Below, piece by piece: positions 1-9,574 of a DNA stretch of 48,049 bases (position 1 is its first letter; every line of letters starts with the position of its first letter). Source of the DNA: Deltaproteobacteria bacterium (GTDB lineage: Bacteria; Desulfobacterota; Syntrophia; Syntrophales; UBA2210); contig JAGYOR010000002.1 in the NCBI GenBank assembly GCA_018399535.1, positions 1-48,049 on the forward strand, read 5' to 3'. The translations under genes and the position numbers were made by a program. The notes under the pieces are model-generated. The model saw only the letters and a program-made list of their open reading frames with translations, was not told the origin of the DNA and did not search any database.

Positions 1-230
1 ACGGAACCCTTGCCCTGTTCCATGGTCCCCGGAAACTGGCCGACTATGACGCCCAAGGAACACAGAAGAACAAAACAAAGGCAGCCTGACCAGGAATCAC
101 TATGTCATGGTGAAGAGTCCACGTCCGCTACTCTTCCCAACCATAACGTGACCAAACAAAAGCGGACAAATCACGTGCTATAAAACCGGACATTTCTATT
201 TGTTGCTAACAGAAAAAATATTGTCTGCGC

Positions 231-2639
231 TTATTCGAGCAAACTTTCTCCTTCGTTTCTCAGGAATGAGCCGAGATCATTCCCGGTCCTTCCAGGCAAA
301 CGTCCGGGATAGGTCCGTTCCGGCGTCGCCTTTTTTCCGGGTTCCGTTCCTTCGAGATAACATTCGTAAACGCTGTCTTTGGCTTCGGGATTCGCCAGAA
401 GACCTGTCTCCGGGTCTATGCGGACGAAGACGACGCCTTTGGGTGGATTAAAGGTCTCCACGGGCATTGAAACGACGGCTTCTTCCATGAAGTAAAGAAA
501 TACAGGGCTCGCCGCCCGGGAACCTGTCTCGTAGTTTCCGAGAGGTCTGAAATCATCGAAACCGACCCACACACCGGTTACCAGCGAAGGAGTGAACCCG
601 ACGAACCAGGCGTCCCTCAGGTCGTTTGTCGTTCCCGTTTTTCCGGCCACAGGCCGTTTAAGCGCCCTGACTCTCCATCCCGTTCCTTCCTTCACGACCC
701 CCTGCAGCAAATGGCAGGTTATGAAGGCAACCCTCGGATCGACGACCTGTTTTACGTCGGAACGGTTTTCTTCGAGAACGTTTCCGCTCCGGTCCACGAC
801 TTTGCGAATAAAGAAGGGTTCAGCCCGGTCGCCATTGTTGGCGAACACACTGAACCCGGCGACCATCTCGGACAGCGTTACTCCCGAACTTCCCAGGGCC
901 AGCGAAAGGTCGCGGGCCAGCGGCGAGGTGATTCCCATGTTCTGTACGTAATCGACGGCATACTCGATGCCCATGTCTTTCAGAATCTTGATGGTAACCA
1001 GGTTTCTGGAGCGGATCAGCGCCGTGCGCAGCGTCGTGGGACCGTGGAACGTTTCTCCGTAGTTGCGGGGTTTCCAGGTGCTGTCCTCCAGTGTGTCCCG
1101 GTACACGACGGGCGTATCCATGATAACCGTCGAGGGCGTCATTCCCCGGTCGAAGGCCGCCGTGTAAATAAAGGGTTTGAAGGCTGAACCGGGCTGCCTG
1201 ACAGCCTGCACGGCACGGTTGAACTCGCTTTGTTCGTAATCACGACCGCCCACCATGGCTTTGATTTCACCTGTCCCGGCCTCGATGGACAGAAGAGCGC
1301 CCTGAACCTCCGGTTCCTGTTCCAGCCCGAACCGGAATCGGACCCGCCCGTCGGCATCCTCCAGCAACTCGATCACCCGTGCCTGCACGATGTCTCCGAT
1401 ACGCAGAAGCTCGCCCGGATGTTCCAGGTCGCCTTTCGCCGCCCACTTCATGTCTTCCAGGGTCATCGTACCGTCATAGGGCCCGACGCCCAGCGTGAGG
1501 ATTTTCTCCTCGCGATCGACACCGGTCACCAGGGTCGTCACGACCTGCCCCTTTTCGGGGACCACTCTCCCCAGCTCGATCCACAGGGAATCGAGAAAGC
1601 TTTCGAACTGTTCGGAGGGTATGTTCTCCGACACTCCGCGAAAGCCCTGTCGCTTGTCAAGTTCCCTGAGTCCCCGTTCCACCGCTTCCATGGCTGCTTC
1701 CTGCATCGACACATCCAGCGTCGTATAGACCTCGAGACCTTCCTTGTAGAGCACCCGGCTGCTGTAGGTGGACTGGAGATATTGCCTTACCAGTTCAGTG
1801 AAGTGCGGCGCGATTTTCCGGGAATCGCCCGGCTTTTTGAAAGTCAATGGTTCGTTGACGGCCTCGTCGCATTCCTTTTCCGTGATATAACCGTCCTCGG
1901 TCATCCTGCTCAACACATACGCTTGCCGTTTCCGGGCCTTTTCCAGACGGAAAAGCGGGCTGTAAGTGCTCGGCGCCTTGGGCAATCCCGCCAGAAGGGC
2001 TGCTTCGGAAAGAGTAAGATACTTCGCCTCTTTCCCGAAGTATCGTTCCGAAGCCGCTTCGATCCCGTAGGTACCGTGACCGAGATAAATCTGATTCAGG
2101 TAGAGATTCAGGATTTCATACTTGTTGAGGTAGCGCTCGATCTTGAAGGCGAGCATCGCTTCACGCAACTTCCGGATATAACTTTTCTCCGGAGTAAGAA
2201 AGAGAGACTTCGCCACCTGCTGAGTTATGGTGCTTCCACCCTGGACAATGCGCCCCGCCTGGAGATTGCGGTAAAAAGCACGGAGTATACCCTGTATATC
2301 GAGGCCACGGTGGCTGAAAAAGCGGGAGTCCTCGGCGGCGACAAAGGCCTGAACAACATGAGGAGGCAGTTCAGTTATGTTGATAACCCTTCGATCCTCG
2401 AGGTAAAACTCGTCGATCAGCTCATCATTATCGGCATAGATACGAGTTATAATGCTGGGGCGATAATCACGGAGGGGCTGTATGCTGGGAAGATCACGGT
2501 CCAGAGTATACAGAAACCAGGCGGCGGAACCGGCCGCAGCCAGCAGCAGGATGAAGCAGACCGTGAACGCTTTCAAGAGCAGCTTTTTCTTATTTTTTTT
2601 TACCTTGGTACCGCTTTTGTTTCCCGCGTGCCCGCTCAT
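231..2639 (-). CDS. mrcA: Class A penicillin-binding protein (PBP1A; bifunctional glycosyltransferase/transpeptidase)
   Basis: 802-aa ORF with ATG start and an N-terminal TM segment. GT51 motifs EDSRFFSHRGLD and GGSTITQQ are present. Transpeptidase motifs SxxK (SAFKP), SxN (SRN) and KTGTT are read directly from the translation. Confidence 0.93.
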   Translation of the reverse strand: MSGHAGNKSGTKVKKNKKKLLLKAFTVCFILLLAAAGSAAWFLYTLDRDLPSIQPLRDYRPSIITRIYADNDELIDEFYLEDRRVINITELPPHVVQAFVAAEDSRFFSHRGLDIQGILRAFYRNLQAGRIVQGGSTITQQVAKSLFLTPEKSYIRKLREAMLAFKIERYLNKYEILNLYLNQIYLGHGTYGIEAASERYFGKEAKYLTLSEAALLAGLPKAPSTYSPLFRLEKARKRQAYVLSRMTEDGYITEKECDEAVNEPLTFKKPGDSRKIAPHFTELVRQYLQSTYSSRVLYKEGLEVYTTLDVSMQEAAMEAVERGLRELDKRQGFRGVSENIPSEQFESFLDSLWIELGRVVPEKGQVVTTLVTGVDREEKILTLGVGPYDGTMTLEDMKWAAKGDLEHPGELLRIGDIVQARVIELLEDADGRVRFRFGLEQEPEVQGALLSIEAGTGEIKAMVGGRDYEQSEFNRAVQAVRQPGSAFKPFIYTAAFDRGMTPSTVIMDTPVVYRDTLEDSTWKPRNYGETFHGPTTLRTALIRSRNLVTIKILKDMGIEYAVDYVQNMGITSPLARDLSLALGSSGVTLSEMVAGFSVFANNGDRAEPFFIRKVVDRSGNVLEENRSDVKQVVDPRVAFITCHLLQGVVKEGTGWRVRALKRPVAGKTGTTNDLRDAWFVGFTPSLVTGVWVGFDDFRPLGNYETGSRAASPVFLYFMEEAVVSMPVETFNPPKGVVFVRIDPETGLLANPEAKDSVYECYLEGTEPGKKATPERTYPGRLPGRTGNDLGSFLRNEGESLLE

Positions 2640-2649
2640 ATCCGTTTTG

Positions 2650-3420
2650 TCAACCGCCGTCTTCGGTATCGGCGGTCCCCCTCTTTTTCTTCCTTTCAGC
2701 CAGTTTCACCACCCACAGACTCAACTCGTAGAGCAGGACGAGGGGAACTGCCATCATCGTCTGGGTCACCACGTCAGGCGGCGTCAGCGTCGCTGCGATT
2801 ATAAAAATTAGGAGTATTGCATATTTCCTGTTCTTTTTTAAAACATCGGAATCTATGATACCGATCTTGGCGGAGAAAAACATGAATATGGGAAGTTCGA
2901 ACATGATGCCGAACGCCAGGAGCAGCTTCATGGAAAAAGACAAATACTCCTTCATGGACAGCATGGCCGCTATGGATTCGGTCGCGAAAGCGAGAAAAAA
3001 GGCGAAGCCAAGCGGAAAAACGAGAAAATAGGCAAAAAGAGCCCCTCCCACGAAAAAGATCGTGGAAAGCGCCACGAAGGGCACCACATATTTTCGTTCC
3101 GTCGGGTAGAGACCCGGGGATATGAATTCCCATATCTGGTAAAGAATGTAGGGGCTGGTGAGAAAAACCGACGCGAAGAGCGAAACCTTCAGATAGGTAA
3201 AAAAAGCCTCGGGCAGGCCCGTGAAAATCATGGAACTTCCTTCGGGCATGACGCATTGGAGCGGATACGCGACAAACCCGAAAATACGTTCCTTGAAAAG
3301 AAAACAGACCACGAATCCCGCGGCGAGGGCGATCAGTACCTTGATGAACCGCGACCGCAGTTCCTCCAGGTGATCGGTGAGGGGCATTTTTTGTTCGTCG
3401 TCAAGATTATTAGTTTTCAT
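2650..3420 (-). CDS. tatC: Twin-arginine translocase subunit TatC
   Basis: 256-aa polytopic membrane ORF with a TatC-type N-terminus (PLTDHLEELRSRFIK) and about six hydrophobic segments. It lies directly downstream of a TatA/B-type gene. Confidence 0.93.
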   Translation of the reverse strand: MKTNNLDDEQKMPLTDHLEELRSRFIKVLIALAAGFVVCFLFKERIFGFVAYPLQCVMPEGSSMIFTGLPEAFFTYLKVSLFASVFLTSPYILYQIWEFISPGLYPTERKYVVPFVALSTIFFVGGALFAYFLVFPLGFAFFLAFATESIAAMLSMKEYLSFSMKLLLAFGIMFELPIFMFFSAKIGIIDSDVLKKNRKYAILLIFIIAATLTPPDVVTQTMMAVPLVLLYELSLWVVKLAERKKKRGTADTEDGG

Positions 3421-3495
3421 GGAAGAAAGTCACGCGGAAACGCCTTCCCGGGGCATTGTTCTTGCTTGAGTCCCATGGCAATGAAAAGAACTCAT

Positions 3496-3828
3496 TTATT
3501 CTACCTTATCTCCACTGTCGCCGCCTGCGTCGTCATCCTTTTTTTCACCGTCAACGCCGTCCGCGTTGTCGCTTTTTCGATCGGAGGTTCGCCCGGACGC
3601 TTCCTTGTCCCTGGAAAGGGCGCCGCGCAACAGGGAATCTTTTATGTCGTCCGCGTCTTTTTTGATATCGTCGACGCGGAAGCTTTCCTTGACGTCATCG
3701 GTGGCCCGGCGGAATTCCGCCAGCCCCTTGCCCAGCGATTTGGCCAGGTCGGGCAGTTTCTTGGGACCGATGATTATCAGGGCCACGACAAGAATTACAA
3801 TAAGCTCTGGCATTCCGATGCCGAACAT
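3496..3828 (-). CDS. tatA: Twin-arginine translocase TatA/TatB-family subunit
   Basis: 110-aa [45 protein letters not shown] is a TM helix plus amphipathic helix typical of TatA/TatB/TatE, followed by an acidic tail. SD AGGAAGGGA lies 8-10 nt upstream of the ATG. The GP hinge and the length make TatB equally possible. Confidence 0.85.
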   Translation of the reverse strand: MFGIGMPELIVILVVALIIIGPKKLPDLAKSLGKGLAEFRRATDDVKESFRVDDIKKDADDIKDSLLRGALSRDKEASGRTSDRKSDNADGVDGEKKDDDAGGDSGDKVE

Positions 3829-3862
3829 GACGTTTTTCCCTTCCTATGTCACGAATTCGCAG

Positions 3863-3892
3863 ACTATAGACGTAATCCTTGAGCTTTGTCAA
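3863..3892 (-). promoter_or_regulatory. Candidate sigma70-type promoter for tatA-tatC(-mrcA)
   Basis: On the minus strand, TTGACA (3892-3887), an 18-nt spacer and TATAGT (3868-3863) lie about 35 nt upstream of the tatA ATG. This is a sequence match only. Confidence 0.4.
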
Positions 3893-3913
3893 CCTGTTTC
3901 CCTGCAGTTTCCG

Positions 3914-4936
3914 TTACCATCGGGCATAGTGTTCTTCCGTAAAACCGGAGACATCCGCCAATTGAACGGACATTCCGTTTCCCCGAAGCGATCCCTGAAA
4001 ACGGCCGAAAGGCTGACTGAAGCGCGAGGCAAACAGACCCGCCTGTATGTTTGCCGACCGGATGCCTTCCGGCAGGAAACGGATCGTTACCCGTCCGTCG
4101 TTCGACGCAATATCCCAGGGTTTTAAAAAATCACCGTCCTCATATCGAAAATGGACCACGTCGACCTTGAACAGGCGACCGTTTATCCAGAAGGCGTTCT
4201 CCGTGAATCCGGTTTCGTTTATGCCCTGGACGCAATTGAATCCCACGCGGTTTTCCTGGCTGTCGATACCGCCACCGGCGGCCCAGTTCCAGAACGTGTG
4301 GCGTGACAGGTATCCCAGCGTGTAATCGAAGACCCCGCAGGACTGCCCGGCATTAATGTTCCAGGACATTTCGCCGCTGGATATTTTACCACTTCCGGCG
4401 AATCCCGCTTCTTTGTGAGTGTAGTTGAATCCCTTCAATCCTACGCGAGTCAGGCAGACAAGGGGTTCCGCATATCTCTGAAAGTCAAGGTCGACTGACA
4501 ATTGTCCGCCGATGGTTCCCTTCAGGGAAACAGTGGAAGGTCCGTTGATAATTGAAAGAGAGGACCGTCCCGTCGTGAAGGCGACAGTGCCGGAATTTGA
4601 TGTCCCCTGGAACACCGCGGATTTTCCTCCCGGCCGGATAATGTTGTACTCGTCGATCGTCCCGGTCCGCCGATCGAAAAGGTAGGCGAAGAGGTTGCTC
4701 AGGTAGCCCAGGCGAACAACGGCGACGCCGAATATAATGTCGTCGTTGCACACGCCAAGGTACTGCCACCGCTTCATTCGGAACGCGAGGATCAACCGTT
4801 TCGACAGGGAATTCCCACCTCGTGAGCCATAGGGTCGGAAATCTTCAAGGTTGAATAATAACGGCGGGACGGAATGAATACCGAAACGGGGACGACCCCG
4901 TTCATCGATCAGTGTGTCCGCATTCCCCGTGTCCAT
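3914..4936 (-). CDS. Conserved hypothetical protein, tentatively DUF2804-like
   Basis: 340-aa ORF with ATG start and SD GAAAGGTGAGG upstream. It is predicted beta-rich and soluble, and I recognise no catalytic motif. The DUF2804 (PF10974) assignment is from memory of the family pattern (KRWQYLGV..., about 330-350 aa) and needs an HMM search. Confidence 0.55.
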   Translation of the reverse strand: MDTGNADTLIDERGRPRFGIHSVPPLLFNLEDFRPYGSRGGNSLSKRLILAFRMKRWQYLGVCNDDIIFGVAVVRLGYLSNLFAYLFDRRTGTIDEYNIIRPGGKSAVFQGTSNSGTVAFTTGRSSLSIINGPSTVSLKGTIGGQLSVDLDFQRYAEPLVCLTRVGLKGFNYTHKEAGFAGSGKISSGEMSWNINAGQSCGVFDYTLGYLSRHTFWNWAAGGGIDSQENRVGFNCVQGINETGFTENAFWINGRLFKVDVVHFRYEDGDFLKPWDIASNDGRVTIRFLPEGIRSANIQAGLFASRFSQPFGRFQGSLRGNGMSVQLADVSGFTEEHYARW

Positions 4937-5040
4937 AAAATCGCCTCACCTTTCCGTTACCGCGAAACGGGAACTTCTATCGTTCCTCCTCGAGCAAAGC
5001 ACATCGACGTACCGGGCGGAATTGCGCACGAATTTTCCGT

Positions 5041-5709
5041 TCAGGGAAGGTTGTCCGCGAGAGACGGCACATCGTTCCCCGAGTCGAGGCGCTGCGTCAC
5101 CTTGTCCACTATCCTGACGAGGGCCGACACGCAAGAGGAAAGATCAATCAGGCCGGTGTCGAACGTAATGTGATAGTTCCGCGCGTCGCTCCAGCGCAGA
5201 CCGGTCATATCGCGTACGAATGCCGCCCGTCGACGGTCCGACTCTTTTATCATTTCCCGGGCCCGGTCGGATCCGGAAATTTTCCAGACCCTCTGTATTC
5301 TTTGAATCCTCATCTCCTGGGGGGCATGTACGTAGACATTGAGGGTGCCGGGCCGATCCCTGAGCGCCCAGAATCCCCCCCGTCCCACGATGACGGCACT
5401 GTGCTTTACTGCTATTTCATTCATGACCTTGCACTCGGTTGCAAAAAGGTCTTTCTCGTAAACAGGAAGAGGCGGGGGCATTGCAGGCCCCATTTCCGGC
5501 GTTCCGAATGAAAAAGCCCTGATGATGTTCTCAACGATGCCCGGAGATTTTTCATCGTACGGTTCCAACCAGGACACGCCTGTACCCAGGTGCCTGGCCG
5601 CTTCCTTCAGAATTTCCCGGTCCAGGTATCTGAAACCCAATTCCCTGGCAAGCAGATACCCTATGTAGGTACCGCCGCTTCCCATCTGCCTCGATACCGT
5701 AACCGTCAT
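5041..5709 (-). CDS. Cytidylate kinase-like family protein (Cytidylate_kin2-type, function unknown)
   Basis: The N-terminus MTVTVSRQMGSGGTYIGYLLARELGFRYLDREIL is the hallmark of the cytidylate-kinase-like family. The track ORF starts at TTG 5763. ATG 5709 gives the family-typical N-terminus. Confidence 0.75.
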   Translation of the reverse strand: MTVTVSRQMGSGGTYIGYLLARELGFRYLDREILKEAARHLGTGVSWLEPYDEKSPGIVENIIRAFSFGTPEMGPAMPPPLPVYEKDLFATECKVMNEIAVKHSAVIVGRGGFWALRDRPGTLNVYVHAPQEMRIQRIQRVWKISGSDRAREMIKESDRRRAAFVRDMTGLRWSDARNYHITFDTGLIDLSSCVSALVRIVDKVTQRLDSGNDVPSLADNLP

Positions 5710-5763
5710 CGGCGGGCGGTTTTCCACAGCGCGTTTCTCCTTCCTTGACGCGTCGTCGTGCAA

Positions 5764-6441
5764 TTACTCGCGTTTCTGTTTGATCGCGTCCGTTATATCA
5801 CTGATCATTTTTTTCGAAAGTTCGTCCATTACATCGCCCGCGGCCCGCGCGAATCCGGCCGGGGTTTCAGGGCTACAGGCTCTCTCGGCACGGTAGTTCT
5901 TCTGAAAAATCAGCCGGCCGCGTGAACGATCCCCCGTGACATCAAGAAGGGCAACGGTGAACCCGAGTACGGCCCTTCGCCCGTCCGCATCGATAATCTC
6001 GATACATTCCGTTACCCGGCCTTCAAGGTGATACCGGCTTTCCTCGAGGGTGTATTCAGTAAATACCGCGGTGAAGAGCCCCGACCGCGACAAATCTTTC
6101 ATGAGAAAATCGGTGACCATTTCTGCGGGAGTATTCCACCAGCGATGGTACCGATACGCTCCCTGTTCGCTGGACCCGCGGCTGTAGAGCATGGCGGTTC
6201 CGTTGCACGCCTCCGCCGACGAAAAGCGCCTGACGATAATCGTTTCCCGGCTGCATGGCACTTCCTCTTCCATTCCTTCGAGGGAACGCGGCGGTTCCAG
6301 CATGTACCGCGTGACGTCCGGCGACGTCGCGACACCGCCCGCACATCCCGCCACAAGCAGCCATCCGAGAATGAACACCGCGCCGGCTCGAATGCGCGCT
6401 TCCTGTCGGCATATGCTTTCGCTAAACAAATATCGCTTCAC
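5764..6441 (-). CDS. ABC-type transport auxiliary lipoprotein (PqiC/YmbA-like, DUF330)
   Basis: 225-aa ORF with GTG start 3 nt after the MlaD-like stop. It has a lipobox LLVAGC, and the W..P...V...L...L core with Y-x-L repeats is typical of PF03886 proteins that accompany MCE transporters. Confidence 0.72.
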   Translation of the reverse strand: MKRYLFSESICRQEARIRAGAVFILGWLLVAGCAGGVATSPDVTRYMLEPPRSLEGMEEEVPCSRETIIVRRFSSAEACNGTAMLYSRGSSEQGAYRYHRWWNTPAEMVTDFLMKDLSRSGLFTAVFTEYTLEESRYHLEGRVTECIEIIDADGRRAVLGFTVALLDVTGDRSRGRLIFQKNYRAERACSPETPAGFARAAGDVMDELSKKMISDITDAIKQKRE

Positions 6442-6444
6442 GGT

Positions 6445-7416
6445 TCATTCTCCTTCTTCGTCCCGCGGGGAAGGACCGCCGAAAATGAGATCCGAGGGGC
6501 TGAGATACAATCGTTCCGAGAGTTCCTCGATGCTTCGCGCCGTCCGTCGAAACTGCGAACCGGCGTTCCTGATTTCAAGTGCCGAGAGCCGGGCCGCGTT
6601 GTCTATACTGTCCGCCGCCTCGCCGATCCTCTCTTCGAGGCGCTCCGTAAGTTCGGCGATCTGCCGCGAGGTGCCGGGCAAATCCGCTTCCCTGACAGCT
6701 TCGCCCGCCTCGGCAAGGAATGCTTTTCCTTCCGCGAGGGTTTCCCGCATGTCCCTGACGACCATCTCAAGTTCTTCATCGTCCATTATTTGATGCACCC
6801 TGGTCAAGGTTTCTTCAAGACGAACCGCAGTTGCATCAAGGTTTTTCATGATATCCTCAATGGCGGGATTACTCAAGGTTAACCGCAGCGCCCGTGCCGC
6901 CGATCGTATTTCATCTGTTATACCCTTGAAATCGATCTCAAGGATCTTGTCCGCCATCAGGTGAATCCGCGCGAATACTTCGCTGATCCCCGACGGCCTG
7001 GAAGGAATGACGGGGTAGGCGGGTTCGAATGAAAGTTTCTGCACCGGCAGGGTTTCGTCCGGATCCCGCAGGTTCAGTTCCACAAAAACCATTCCCGTGA
7101 TGCCCACCGGCTTGAGCTGGGCAATCGTCGAATGATGCAGATCCTCGCCGACTTCGATTTTCATAACCACCTCGATGTACCTGTTGTCCGGCGCAATATC
7201 GATCTGTTCAACGCGGCCCACCGTCACGCCGCGATATTTAACGGAGGAATCAGCGGAAAGTCCCTGTACGGATTCGTCGAAATAGGTGACGTATCGTGTT
7301 CCGGCGGCGAAATAATCCGACACTCCCAGCCAGACCACGGCGGTAATTCCGATAAGAAGTCCGATGATTACGAAAAGGCCGATCGTGAAATTCGACCTGT
7401 CCCTGTCCTTCGTCAT
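6445..7416 (-). CDS. MlaD/MCE-domain substrate-binding protein with long C-terminal helical extension
   Basis: 323-aa ORF with an N-terminal TM anchor (FTIGLFVIIGLLIGITAVVWL) and an MCE domain (YVTYFDESVQGLSADSSVKYRGVTVGRVEQI). The C-terminal part, about 150 aa, is rich in E/A/R/L and looks helical or coiled-coil. Confidence 0.85.
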   Translation of the reverse strand: MTKDRDRSNFTIGLFVIIGLLIGITAVVWLGVSDYFAAGTRYVTYFDESVQGLSADSSVKYRGVTVGRVEQIDIAPDNRYIEVVMKIEVGEDLHHSTIAQLKPVGITGMVFVELNLRDPDETLPVQKLSFEPAYPVIPSRPSGISEVFARIHLMADKILEIDFKGITDEIRSAARALRLTLSNPAIEDIMKNLDATAVRLEETLTRVHQIMDDEELEMVVRDMRETLAEGKAFLAEAGEAVREADLPGTSRQIAELTERLEERIGEAADSIDNAARLSALEIRNAGSQFRRTARSIEELSERLYLSPSDLIFGGPSPRDEEGE

Positions 7417-7438
7417 GGTTGCTCCCTTCCGGATACGC

Positions 7439-8212
7439 TCAGGCGTTCCGCCTGTTCAGAAAATTCACGACCCGTTCATCGCGGGATTCCCCTTGCAGGA
7501 ACCGCGGATCCCCGTCGGCGATTATACCCTTTTGTTGACCGTCGAGCATGATCATTCGGTGACCGATTTTGAAAATCGACGGAAGCTCGTGGCTGACGAT
7601 GACCATCGTCGTTCCCATCCCCTGGTTGATGTCGGCGATGGTGTCATCAAGGCCGACCGATGTGACGGGATCGAGCCCCGCCGACGGTTCGTCGAAAAAC
7701 AATATTTCCGGGTCCATTACCATGGCCCGCGCCAGGCCGGCACGCTTTTTCATACCTCCCGACAGTTCCGCCGGCAGCAAGTGTTCGGTATCGGCAAGAC
7801 CGACCATACCGAGTTTCATTCGTATAATCGACTTCTTCAAGCTATCCGGCAGATTGGAACGCTTTTCCAGCGGCAGGGCCATGTTGTCGCCCAGGGTCAT
7901 TGAACCCAGCAGCCCCCCGGCCTGAAACAGCACCCCTATGCGGCGCCTGACGGCCGCCCAATCGCTCTCTTCCGCGCCGTGAACGTCAACGCCGTTGATC
8001 AGAACACGCCCTTCCGCCGGTCTGAACTGACCGATCATGTGTTTCATGAGTACCGTCTTGCCCGACCCGCTCCTGCCGACAATAAATAAAATCTCGCCCC
8101 GGAAAACCTTGAAGGTAATTCCCTCCAGAATGGTGTTGCCCTCGAGACGGGCTGTCATACCCTCCACACTGATAACGACTTCGCGATCGTCCCGTTTTTC
8201 CTGATCCTGCAT
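7439..8212 (-). CDS. ABC transporter ATP-binding protein (MlaF-like)
   Basis: Walker A GRSGSGKT, ABC signature LSGGMKKR and Walker B ILFFDEP are present. It sits between an MlaE-like permease and an MlaD-like protein. Confidence 0.9.
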   Translation of the reverse strand: MQDQEKRDDREVVISVEGMTARLEGNTILEGITFKVFRGEILFIVGRSGSGKTVLMKHMIGQFRPAEGRVLINGVDVHGAEESDWAAVRRRIGVLFQAGGLLGSMTLGDNMALPLEKRSNLPDSLKKSIIRMKLGMVGLADTEHLLPAELSGGMKKRAGLARAMVMDPEILFFDEPSAGLDPVTSVGLDDTIADINQGMGTTMVIVSHELPSIFKIGHRMIMLDGQQKGIIADGDPRFLQGESRDERVVNFLNRRNA

Positions 8213-8254
8213 GGTTTCACTCCGTCGTGCCTTATATGGAGATCCTCGTTTATG

Positions 8255-9424
8255 TCACAGATAGTGCAAAACGACGGCAAAAATTGAATCGGCGAGAACA
8301 ATAAAAAAAATGGCCGATACGACGGCTGCGGTGGTGGCCCTGCCGACGCCCTCCGCACCCCGCGTCACCTTCATGCCGTGGTAACAACCGATGCCCGAGA
8401 CAATCACGGCGAAAAACACCGACTTGACGAGCCCGGTGGCCACGTCGGACAAGGCGATGTTGCTTCCCGTCTGATTGATGTACGTGATAAACGTCAGGTC
8501 AAGACCGAGCATTCCCACAAGCAGGCCGCCCAGCAGACCGAAAAAATCGGCGTACAGCGTCAGTAACGGAACAACGATAATAGCCGCCGCCACCCGGGGA
8601 ATCACCAGGAACCTCACCGGATCGAATCCCATAATCGCAAGGGCGTCCACTTCCTCGTTGACCACCATCGTACCGATTTCCGCCGCGAAGGCCGAGCCGG
8701 ACCGACCCGCCACAATTATTGCCGTCATGAGGGGCGCCAGTTCCTTGACCATGGCGATTCCCACCAGGGCCGCCACAAAGATGTCTCCCCCCAGCGGCTT
8801 TAACTGCAGCGACGACATGAAAGCGATGATAAGCCCCACGAGCAGGCTGATTAACCCGACAATCGGAAAACCCTGGACTCCCACACCCCTCATGTTGCCG
8901 GCCACGTCGCCCCACCTGATGTCGCGTGGATGAAACAGAGAATGAAGAACCGCCCGAATGAGTTCACCGGTAAACACCATGAGCCCTTTGAACGAACCGG
9001 CGGTGGCGACGGCAGCCTCGCCGATCCCCTCGATGGTACCGGGTACCGGCTCCGGATGCGAAAGGCGTGAAGCGGAAACATCTTCGACGATTCGCGGATC
9101 GACCATGCCCATGATCCGCTGCACTTCGCCCCCCATGCCTGTCAACGTTACCTGACGCCCGTTTTGCTCCATGTCCCCGGCGAACATTTTGATCGACAGG
9201 GCGGCGGCGCTGTCCAGGTAAGACACCTTCGAGAGATCCACAACGAGTCCCGACGTCTGCGAGTCGCGGGCCGCAGTGTGCAGATCAGCCGCAAGAAGTT
9301 CCGCTTCGTCCAGTGAAAAACGTCCTACCGGCGTCACTACTACGGTTCCCGTCGTCGATTCACTGACGGCGACGGACGAGGACGTCCGTTTCAACCCACC
9401 TGGTGCGGCTTTTTCCTGCGACAT
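8255..9424 (-). CDS. MlaE-family ABC permease fused to an N-terminal STAS (MlaB-like) domain
   Basis: 389-aa ORF. The N-terminal ~120 aa (VVVTPVGRFSLDEAELLAADL...LVVDLSKVSYLDSAAAL...VTLTGMGGEVQRIM) look like an anti-sigma-antagonist/STAS fold. The C-terminal ~260 aa form a multi-TM MlaE-type permease. Confidence 0.82.
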   Translation of the reverse strand: MSQEKAAPGGLKRTSSSVAVSESTTGTVVVTPVGRFSLDEAELLAADLHTAARDSQTSGLVVDLSKVSYLDSAAALSIKMFAGDMEQNGRQVTLTGMGGEVQRIMGMVDPRIVEDVSASRLSHPEPVPGTIEGIGEAAVATAGSFKGLMVFTGELIRAVLHSLFHPRDIRWGDVAGNMRGVGVQGFPIVGLISLLVGLIIAFMSSLQLKPLGGDIFVAALVGIAMVKELAPLMTAIIVAGRSGSAFAAEIGTMVVNEEVDALAIMGFDPVRFLVIPRVAAAIIVVPLLTLYADFFGLLGGLLVGMLGLDLTFITYINQTGSNIALSDVATGLVKSVFFAVIVSGIGCYHGMKVTRGAEGVGRATTAAVVSAIFFIVLADSIFAVVLHYL

Positions 9425-9574
9425 GACGGAATCCTCTGCACCGCGTCACCGGCCCCGAATGCCCCTGCGGGGCCGTCTGAAAAAGGGCTTCCTGAGGCGA
9501 TATCAGCACTCTGCTTCTATGACCGGCATATCGTGTAACGCCGATTACCTGAACCATCGGCACCGGAGCGGACC

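Noticed and set aside
1-183. Plus-strand frame 1 is open from the window edge to TAA at 181-183 (60 codons). There is also a minus-strand ATG at 23-21 that reads out of the window.
   Set aside because: The plus-frame peptide (…HRRTKQRQPDQESLCHGEE…) uses AGA, AGG and AAA-rich codons that are atypical for this window, and it has no recognisable family. The minus-strand fragment is only 7 codons. Either could be the end or the start of a neighbouring gene, but nothing can be supported from the sequence available.
1230-2804. 524-aa plus-strand ORF
   Set aside because: It is antisense to the PBP1A gene and runs into tatC. It has no motifs and a biased composition, so it is a shadow ORF.
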